This document shows, in pieces, positions 6,019 to 13,659 of a DNA stretch of 20,000 nt (position 1 is its first letter; the number at the start of each line of letters is the position of its first letter). Source of the DNA: an uncultured Gemmatimonadota bacterium (GTDB lineage Bacteria; GCA-2686955). The notes beneath the pieces are model-generated. The model worked only from the letters and a program-made list of their open reading frames with translations. It was not told the DNA's origin and did no database searches. The translations under genes were made by a program, and so were the position numbers. The stretch spans positions 56,345 to 76,344 of the forward strand of contig CAZBBK010000018.1 of NCBI GenBank assembly GCA_964490075.1, written 5' to 3'.

Positions 6019-8613
6019 GTGCGCCAGGTCGTCCCCTCCCGCCGTCTTCTGTTCACCCTCGGTCTCGCAATGACGGCGCTCGCCCGGTCCACCGCCGCCG
6101 CCATTCCCGCCAAAGCCCTGGTCGGCTACTGGCATAACTGGGTCGGTCCTCCGGCCGAGATGCCGCTGTCCCAGGTGTCCGCCGACTACGACGTGGTGAA
6201 CATCGCCTTCGCGGAGGCCGGATCGTGGCTGGGCAGCGAAATGGTGTTCCGGCCCCATTCCCAGATCTATCCCGACTCGACCGACTTCATGGCCGACGTC
6301 GCAGCTCTGCAGGCGGCCGGCAAAACAGTGCTGATCTCGGTCGGTGGCGCCGCGTCGCCGGTCTACCTCGATACCAGCGCCGACGCCGACTCCTTCGTCA
6401 CCTCCATGACCGGCATCATCGAAAGTTACGGCTTCGACGGCATGGACATCGACTTCGAAGGACTGTCGCTCCTGCTGATGCCTGGAGACAGCGATTTCCG
6501 TGCTCCGACCAGTCCGCGCATCGTCAACCTCATCGACGCGGTGGGGCGTCTCTTGACTCACTTCGGGCCCGATTTCGTGCTCACCACCGCCCCGGAGACG
6601 ATGTTCGTGCAGGGTGGCTACGGCGCCTACGACAACTCCTGGGGCGCCTACCTGGCGCTGCTCCACGCCTTCCGCGATGACTGGACCTATGTGCACGTGC
6701 AGCACTACAACACCGGGTCGATGTACGGCCGCGACGGCAATATCTACCTGCCGCCGGAAGCAGACTTTCACGTCGCCATGGCCGACATGTTGCTGGCGGG
6801 TTTCGATGTCAACAAGTTCGTCAACCCGATCTTCTTCGAGCCGCTGCGAGCCGACCAGGTGATGATCGGTCTGCCGGCCTGCGCGCCGGCCACCGGCTCC
6901 GGCTACACCGCCCCGGCCGTGGTTCACCAGGCGCTCGACTACCTGGTGAAGGGACAGAGCTTCGGGGGCAGCTACCAGCTCTCCGACCCCGCCGGCTACG
7001 CCGGCTTCCGCGGCCTGATGACCTGGTCGATCAACTGGGATGCCGACTGCGGATTTGAGTTCTCGGGCGCCCACCGGCCCTACCTCGACGCTCTCGGCGG
7101 CGGCGGCTTGGAACTGTCGATCTCCGGCAATTTGAACAGCTACCAGCCGGGCGACACGGCCAGCCTGGCGCTACAGGTGAGCAACACTTCTCCTGATAGC
7201 CTGTCTCTGACCCGGGCGCTCTTCTGGGCCCAGAAGAGCCCCGACGTCGATTTCCAGCGCCTGATCTACGACGGAGCCCCGTACACCATAGCCGGCGGAG
7301 ACTCGGCCGCCGTGCTGCTCGAGCTGATCATTCCCGCGGCCGCTCCGCTCGGCTCCTACACCGCCGGCGCCACGATCTACGACGACGCATCCGAGCTCGA
7401 CAGCGAGAGCTTTCAGTTCCAGATGACCGGCGATCCGCCGGATGAGAAGCGAATCGTCGGCTACTACATCGAATGGGGTATCTACGCCCGCGACTATCAC
7501 CCGCTCGACATCCCGGCCGACAAGATCACCCACATCAACTACGCCTTCGCCAACATCGGAACCGACCTGGAGATCGAGGTCGGAGATGCCTATGCGGCGA
7601 TCGACAAATACTACCCTGGAGACAGTTGGCTAGATCCCTTTCGCGGCACCTACAAGCAGCTCAATATCGTCTTGAAGGAGCAGTACCCGCACCTCAAGAC
7701 CTTCATTTCGGTGGGCGGCTGGACCTGGTCCGGGCGTTTCTCCGACGCCGCCCTCACACCGCTGTCGCGCGCGACCTTCGCCGCCTCTTGCGTCGACTTC
7801 ATCCGTCAGTACAGCTTCGACGGAGTCGACATCGACTGGGAGTACCCGGTCTGTTGCGGCCTCCCGGACAACGTCTATCGCCCGGAGGACAAGCAGAACT
7901 ACACCCTGCTCATGGCCGAGCTCCGCCAACAGCTGGACCAGGCGGCGATCGAGGACGGACGTCCCTACCTGCTCACCATCGCCGGCCCCGCCGGCTACGA
8001 CAAGATGGAGAACTACGAGATGGCCGAGCTGGTCAGCCACCTCGATTGGATAAACCTCATGACCTACGACCTTCACGGGGCCTGGGATCTGTCGCAGACC
8101 AACCATCACTCCAAGCTGAGCCCGAGCCCCGACGACCCCAATCCCGACGAGCTGATCCGCACCCGCTACAACGTCGACTACGCGGTGCAAAGCTGGCTCG
8201 ACGCCGGCGTGCCGGCCGACAAGGTGGTGGTGGGAGTGCCTTTCTACGGGCGCGCCTGGGGCGGCGTTCCCAGCACCGACCTGGGACTCTATCAGCCGGC
8301 CACCGGCGTGCCGCCGGGAACCTGGGACGACTGGGCCTCCGGCGACACCGGCGTCAACGATTTCTTCGAGATCGAGACCTTCGAGCTGATGGGCGACTAC
8401 ACCAAGGGCTGGGACCCGCACTCCTCGGTGCCCTATCTCTACTCCCCCGATCGCCACGGCGGACATTTCATCGGCTACGACGACGCCCAATCGATCGGCA
8501 TCAAGGCCGATATGGTGCTCGACCAGGGCCTGGGCGGCATGATGTTCTGGGAGGTCACGGGGGACCGCAACGAGACCTTGATCGATGTGATCTACGGCAA
8601 ATTGGGGAACTGA
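6019..8613 (+). CDS. Secreted chitinase with two GH18 catalytic domains separated by an Ig-like domain
   Basis: Likely GTG start at 6019 (GGAG at 6009-6012) followed by signal peptide ...SRRLLFTLGLAMTALARSTAAA. Domain 1: LVGYWHNW, ISVGGA, FDGMDIDFE, HVQHYN, GLMTWSINWD. Domain 2: VGYYIEWGIYAR, THINYAF, ISVGGWTWS, FDGVDIDWEYP, MTYD, GMMFWE. The ORF track starts at 5860, but that extension looks non-coding. Confidence 0.95.
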   Translation: MRQVVPSRRLLFTLGLAMTALARSTAAAIPAKALVGYWHNWVGPPAEMPLSQVSADYDVVNIAFAEAGSWLGSEMVFRPHSQIYPDSTDFMADVAALQAAGKTVLISVGGAASPVYLDTSADADSFVTSMTGIIESYGFDGMDIDFEGLSLLLMPGDSDFRAPTSPRIVNLIDAVGRLLTHFGPDFVLTTAPETMFVQGGYGAYDNSWGAYLALLHAFRDDWTYVHVQHYNTGSMYGRDGNIYLPPEADFHVAMADMLLAGFDVNKFVNPIFFEPLRADQVMIGLPACAPATGSGYTAPAVVHQALDYLVKGQSFGGSYQLSDPAGYAGFRGLMTWSINWDADCGFEFSGAHRPYLDALGGGGLELSISGNLNSYQPGDTASLALQVSNTSPDSLSLTRALFWAQKSPDVDFQRLIYDGAPYTIAGGDSAAVLLELIIPAAAPLGSYTAGATIYDDASELDSESFQFQMTGDPPDEKRIVGYYIEWGIYARDYHPLDIPADKITHINYAFANIGTDLEIEVGDAYAAIDKYYPGDSWLDPFRGTYKQLNIVLKEQYPHLKTFISVGGWTWSGRFSDAALTPLSRATFAASCVDFIRQYSFDGVDIDWEYPVCCGLPDNVYRPEDKQNYTLLMAELRQQLDQAAIEDGRPYLLTIAGPAGYDKMENYEMAELVSHLDWINLMTYDLHGAWDLSQTNHHSKLSPSPDDPNPDELIRTRYNVDYAVQSWLDAGVPADKVVVGVPFYGRAWGGVPSTDLGLYQPATGVPPGTWDDWASGDTGVNDFFEIETFELMGDYTKGWDPHSSVPYLYSPDRHGGHFIGYDDAQSIGIKADMVLDQGLGGMMFWEVTGDRNETLIDVIYGKLGN

Positions 8614-8616
8614 GGG

Positions 8617-8724
8617 TCAACGCTCGAACCAGACGACACCGGTGCGCTCGATCTCTTCGATGAGCGCCCGGTCCTCTACGCGATCGAAGAGTACCAGGTC
8701 GACGCGTTGCGGCATCGAGAGTGC
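8617..8724 (-). pseudogene. C-terminal remnant resembling a minimal nucleotidyltransferase (MNT, HEPN/MNT antitoxin-like)
   Basis: ALSMPQRVDLVLFDRVEDRALIEEIERTGVVWFER* follows the typical MNT C-terminal pattern (xVDLV...L..EI.R.G...YE); no upstream GS...DxD catalytic motif in frame. Confidence 0.6.
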
Positions 8725-8750
8725 TGGAGGACGAAGCCCAGCCCCGCCCA

Positions 8751-8759
8751 TGCTAAACT
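8751..8759 (+). promoter_or_regulatory. Possible extended -10 promoter element for the aconitase-family gene
   Basis: TG-C-TAAACT matches TGnTAnnnT about 70 bp upstream of ATG 8826; no convincing -35 element. Confidence 0.35.
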
Positions 8760-8825
8760 CGGCGGTTCGCATCTCCCGCCGCGGCGGCCCGATCCATCGA
8801 AACCCACCAACCACGAGCCAGAGCG

Positions 8826-10823
8826 ATGACCCGGCATCCCATGACCCTGACCCAGAAGATCCTCGCGCACCACGCCATCGGCCTGGAGCGGCCCTGGGTG
8901 CAGGCGGGGGATTTTCTGCGCATTCGGGTCGATTGGACGATCGCCTCGGAGCTGGCCTGGAACGGCATGGATCGCACCTACACGCGGCTCGGGCGGCCGC
9001 CGATTCACAACGCCGAGCGCTTCTACCTGGCGATCGATCACACGGTCGATCCGATCACTCTGGCGGAAGATCCGACCGCCCAGCGACTGACCAAACTGTC
9101 GCGGGAGTTCGCGGCGGAGAGCGGGATTCGCCATTTCTACGACGCCAACCAGACCATCCTGCACACCAAGTTCTATCGCGACCTGCTGCAGCCCGGGGAG
9201 CTGGTGCTGGGGGCCGATTCGCACACCAGCTCGCACGGCGCCCTGGGGGCCTTCGCCATGGGGCTGGGCGGGGCCGACATCGCCGCGGCGATGGTGCTGG
9301 GCGAATCGTGGATCGAGGTGCCCGAGGCGATCGCGGTCGAGTTCAGGGGCACGGTGCCCTTCGGAATCAGCGGCAAGGAGATCATCCTGAAGACCCTCGG
9401 AGAGCTGGGGCGCAACACCCACGCGATGGGGCGCTCGGTGGAGTACCGCGGGGATGCGGCGGCCACCTTCAGCACCGACATGCGCTTCACGATCGCCAAC
9501 ATGACCGCCGAGTTCGGCGGGCTGAACGGCGTTTTCGAGGCCGATGAGCAGGTCGCCGAGTGGCTGGCGCTGCGCCAGGACCACAACTCCGCGGGCCGCT
9601 ACTTCCGCGCCGACGAGGAAGCCCCCTACGTCGAGCGCCATCGCATCGATCTGCACCGAGCCGAGCCGCTGCTGGCGCTGCCCTTCTCTCCCGACAACGT
9701 GGCGCCGGCGGCGGAGCACGCCGGTCGGGCACTGGACGGGGTCTTCATCGGCGCCTGCACCACCACCGAGGAAGAGCTGGTGCTCGGGGCGCTGGTGCTG
9801 GAAGGGCAGCTCGAGAATCGCAGGGCGGAGCCGGTGCCGGGCAAGCGCCTGGTGGTCCCGGGCAGCACCGAGATCGTGGAGCGGATGGAGCGCGGCGGGC
9901 TCCTGGAGATCTACCGCCGGGCCGGGTTCCGGGTCGGCCCGCCGGGCTGCTCGATGTGCCTGGGCGTGGCTTCGGACCGGGCCGAACGCGGCGAAGTCTG
10001 GCTCAGCTCGCAGAACCGCAACTTCCCCAACAGAATGGGGACCGGGTCGGAGGCCTGGCTCGCGTCGGCGGCCACGGTGGCGGCGTCGTCGCTGAAAATG
10101 GAAATCGGCGACCCGCGTCCCTTCCTGGCCGAGATCGACCGGGAGCGCTTCGAAAGGCTGCTCGATCGGCGGCCCTCGGAGCCGGTGAAGGTGTCGCGCT
10201 CCCAACCCGAGATCGACCTGGAGCCGGCGGCACCCGGCGAGAAGGGCGTGGTGCCGGCGCGGCAGACCGGCACATCCGGCGCCGAGACGATCCGCGGCCG
10301 GGTCCAGCGCTTCGGCGATCACGTCGACACCGACGCGATCATTCCGGGGGAATTCTGTCACTTGACCAGCATGGAGGAGCTCGGAGACGCCTGCTTCCGC
10401 CACGTGGCGCCGGGGTTCCGGGAGCGGGTCGAGGCCGGGGCGACGATCGTGGTGGCCGGCGAGGGCTGGGGCTCGGGCAGCTCGCGGGAGCAGGCGGTCT
10501 GGGCCTTGCAAGGGGCCGGGGTGCGGGCGGTGATCGCGCGCTCCTACGCCTTCATCCACCGCCGCAACCTGGTCAACGAGGCGCTGCCGCACCTGGTGCT
10601 GGACGACGAGCGCTTCTACGAGCTGGCCGGCGCGGGCGCGGAGCTGGCCATCGACCCGGAGCAGGGAATCGTCTGGCACCTGGAAAGCGGCGAGCGTTTC
10701 GAGGCGGTGGCTCCGGCGCCGATCGTGCGATCGCTGCGGGTCGCGGGCGGGGTCGTGCCGGCGATTCTGGAGCACGGGTCGCAGGTGTTCGGGGTGCTGC
10801 GAACCCTGGGGGTGGGGGGGTAG
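8826..10823 (+). CDS. Aconitase-superfamily [4Fe-4S] hydro-lyase, fused large and small subunit (isopropylmalate isomerase/homoaconitase-like), 665 aa
   Basis: MTLTQKIL start, DH, GADSHT, GACTT and GCSMCLG (three cluster cysteines), NRNF; C-terminal swivel domain VDTDAIIPG, GSGSSREQA, ARSYAFIHRRNLVN. Confidence 0.92.
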   Translation: MTRHPMTLTQKILAHHAIGLERPWVQAGDFLRIRVDWTIASELAWNGMDRTYTRLGRPPIHNAERFYLAIDHTVDPITLAEDPTAQRLTKLSREFAAESGIRHFYDANQTILHTKFYRDLLQPGELVLGADSHTSSHGALGAFAMGLGGADIAAAMVLGESWIEVPEAIAVEFRGTVPFGISGKEIILKTLGELGRNTHAMGRSVEYRGDAAATFSTDMRFTIANMTAEFGGLNGVFEADEQVAEWLALRQDHNSAGRYFRADEEAPYVERHRIDLHRAEPLLALPFSPDNVAPAAEHAGRALDGVFIGACTTTEEELVLGALVLEGQLENRRAEPVPGKRLVVPGSTEIVERMERGGLLEIYRRAGFRVGPPGCSMCLGVASDRAERGEVWLSSQNRNFPNRMGTGSEAWLASAATVAASSLKMEIGDPRPFLAEIDRERFERLLDRRPSEPVKVSRSQPEIDLEPAAPGEKGVVPARQTGTSGAETIRGRVQRFGDHVDTDAIIPGEFCHLTSMEELGDACFRHVAPGFRERVEAGATIVVAGEGWGSGSSREQAVWALQGAGVRAVIARSYAFIHRRNLVNEALPHLVLDDERFYELAGAGAELAIDPEQGIVWHLESGERFEAVAPAPIVRSLRVAGGVVPAILEHGSQVFGVLRTLGVGG

Positions 10824-10869
10824 GTGAACCGACCTCGCTCGATCCCTCGATGGAAGGCGGCATGTGGGG

Positions 10870-10961
10870 GCCTTCCCCGGTAGCGCCGGTGGACATGTCT
10901 CGCTATTCTGGTCTCGAACGCGCCCGAGGGCTCGCCCTCCCGCGCCTACGAGGATCCTCCA
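10870..10961 (+). repeat. Candidate degenerate CRISPR mini-array (repeat-like, 32 nt, repeat-like) upstream of cas3
   Basis: 10933-10961 CGCCCTCCCGCGCCTACGAGGATCCTCCA matches the array repeat at 19/29 positions ungapped. 10870-10900 GCCTTCCCCGGTAGCGCCGGTGGACATGTCT is a weaker repeat-like hairpin. They are separated by 32 nt. Confidence 0.3.
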
Positions 10962-10989
10962 CGAACAGACACGGCGATCGGGGCTCACC

Positions 10990-13647
10990 TTGAAGGGACA
11001 GCCAGCCACATACTGGGCCAAACTGACGATCAGGGACGGAGCGGTTGCCCGTTGGCATCCTCTGCTGGACCATTCCGCCGATGTGTGTGCGTGCACCGTG
11101 GTGCTGCTCGAGCAAGACGTGATTCGTCACCGACTGGCGCGATTGGGAGGTATCGAGGAACTGACGGGGGCGCAGTGCGCCCGCCTCGGCTGCTTCGCCG
11201 CATTGCACGACGTAGGGAAGTACAACACTGGCTTTCAGAATCGAGCCTGGTCCCACAGGCAGCCCCAGGCCGGGCATGTGAAAGAGGTGCTCGGCCTCTT
11301 TGGCGGAGGTCGGAACGGCCGGCGTCTGGCCGAAGCGCTCGGTTTCGAGGAGCTCTCGTCTTGGGGCAGCGGTGAAACAGCCGGGCGCTGCCTGATCGCC
11401 GCGTTTTCGCATCACGGCTGACCCGGGCTGGCGGGAGAGAGGGTTCAGACGGGGACCTGGAAGCCCGGTCCCTTCGGTGATCCTTTCGCCGGAATTGAGC
11501 AGCTCGGCGCGGCGGTTCGAGAGTGGTTGCCGTTGGCGTTCCAGAGCGATGGCGCACCGCTGCCGACCCGACCGGAGTTTCACCACGCCTTCAGCGGTCT
11601 GGTCATGCTCGCGGACTGGATCGGCTCGGACGAGCGCTTCTTTCCCTATGCCGAGGAGGGTGATTCTCCGCGGTTGCCGTGGGCAATGGTGCGGGGACGG
11701 CGCGCGTGCGAACAAATCGGGATCGGAGCGGGCGGATTTCGTGCCGGGCTGGACGCAGCGCCACCGAGCTTCAATGCCCTCTTCGGCTTTCCGCCGCGCG
11801 GTCCGCAGATCGCCATCGCGCAACTCGCCGTGCCAGGCCGCGGAGGGGTCGTGACCCTCGAGGCTGAGACTGGGGCCGGCAAGACAGAGGCCGCGCTCGA
11901 CCGGTTCGTCAGGCTTTTCCACTCCGGTAGAGTCGACGGAATGTACTTCGCCTTGCCGACCCGAACCGCGGCCACACAGCTCCACGGGCGCGTGGTTCGC
12001 GCGATTGAGCGGGCCTTTCCCGATCCCGAGCGCCGTCCCCCGGTCGTTCTGGCGGTGCCTGGCTACCTGGTCGTCGACGAGACCGAAGGTCGCCACCTGC
12101 CCGGATTCCAGGTGCTCTGGAACGATAGCGAAACCGACCGCTGGCGTTACCGCGGCTGGGCCGCCGAGCATCCCAAGCGCTACCTGGCAGGTACCGTCGT
12201 GGTTGGGACGATCGACCAGGTTCTGTTGTCGGGGTTGCAGGTCAGTCACGCCCACCTCCGTTCCACGGCTCTCAGCCGGCACCTGCTGGTCATCGACGAG
12301 GTCCACGCGTCCGACACGTACATGAACCGTATTCTCGAGCATGTGCTGGAGCGCCACCTCGCCGCCGGGGGACATGCGTTGCTAATGTCGGCAACCCTGG
12401 GCGCGGTGGCCCGCGCGAGATTGACCCAGCCGGGCGTCGCGCCTGGGGCACCCTCACTCGAGCAAGCTCGAGATGCGCCCTTTCCGCTGGTCACCTCGTG
12501 CCCGGCAGGCGGCTCACCGAGCCAGATGGCCGCGACTCCGAGCTCGTTAGCCAAGCGGGTTACCGTGGAGCTCTGCACGCTCGAAGAGCCAGCAGCCGAG
12601 CTGGCGAAGAAAGCGCTCGACGCGGCGCGAGCCGGTGCGCGGGTCCTGATCGTACGCAACACGGTGACTTCTTGCGTTTCCACGCAACAGCACCTGGAGG
12701 CAGCGGCCCGAGACCTGGCGTTGGATGGAGTGTTGTTCCAGTGCAAGGGCGTGGCGGCGCCCCATCACTCACGGTACGCCCGTGAGGATCGAGCGTTGTT
12801 GGACGCTGCCTTGGAGCTCCGATTCGGGTCGAGCACTACCGAAGGACATGGCTGCGTGACCGTCGCCACACAGACCCTCCAGCAAAGCCTCGACATCGAT
12901 GGCGATCTACTCATTACCGATCTCTGCCCGATGGACGTGCTGCTCCAGCGCATCGGGCGGCTGCATCGCCACGGCACACGCATCCGCCCCCGGCGCGTCC
13001 AGAATCCGCGCGTGATCTTGGTGCTTCCTCATGAGCGCAATCTGGGCCTGCTGATCGATCGCTCGGGCGAGGCGCGCGCGCCGCAAGCCGCGCCAAACTC
13101 CGGGCCCGGGATCGGATCCGTGTACGAGGATCTACTGATCCTGGAGGCCACCTGGCGTTGCCTCGAGCAGTACTCGACGATCGAAATCCCGGCAATGAAC
13201 CGGGACCTGGTGGAGCGCACCACACATCCTGAACGCCTCTCCGCTATTGCAGAAGAGCTCGGCGGGAGCTGGGAGGCACACCTCGGTGCCACCCAAGGAA
13301 TCGCCGCCGCTCATCGACGCCACGCCGAGCTGAATCTCGTGCGCTGGGATGAGCCGATCGGCGACCAGGAAGCCACCTTTCCCACCAGGCAGCATCCGCG
13401 CAGAATCCCGACTCGGCTGGGCGAGGCGGATCGCCTGCTCCATTTCGACGCGCCGGCGCCCAGTCCGTTCGGGTGTCCCATCCAGCAACTGACGATTCCG
13501 GCGTTCATGGCACGGGGCATTCCAAACGACCCACCGCCGACGGCGCCGACACGCGCGGCGAACGGCGAGCTCGAGTTCACCTCTGGATCCAATCACTACC
13601 GCTACGACCGATTCGGTCTGCGACTCCGTGATAGCGGCGCCGAGTAA
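10990..13647 (+). pseudogene. cas3: Type I-E Cas3 (HD nuclease plus SF2 helicase) interrupted by an in-frame TGA at 11419-11421
   Basis: ORFs 10864..11421 and 11527..13647 share a frame with a single stop between them. HD motifs YWAK, HSADV, LHDVGK, SHHG*P, then LADWIGS; helicase motifs AETGAGKTE, DEVH, SAT, HHSRY, ATQTLQQSLDID, QRIGRLHRH. Start placed at TTG 10990 (uncertain). Confidence 0.92.
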
Positions 13648-13659
13648 GGAGAACCGCGG

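Noticed and set aside
8676-11096. 806-aa minus-strand ORF and other long antisense ORFs (4438..5757, 5905..7074, 10903..12375, 14233..15648)
   Set aside because: Shadow ORFs opposite well-supported genes, expected in high-GC DNA; no recognisable motifs.
10864-11421. Stand-alone cas3'' HD gene plus separate cas3' helicase gene
   Set aside because: The break falls within the HD domain before the LADW ligand motif, and the intervening sequence is in-frame coding, so it is one interrupted gene.
11419-11472. Selenocysteine insertion or genome-wide UGA recoding at the cas3 TGA (downstream pairings CCGGGCT/AGCCCGG and GGGACC/GGTCCC)
   Set aside because: The position is not a Cys-equivalent site, the pairings do not resemble a canonical bacterial SECIS, and TGA is the normal stop for cas8e, cas11, cas6e, cas1 and cas2.
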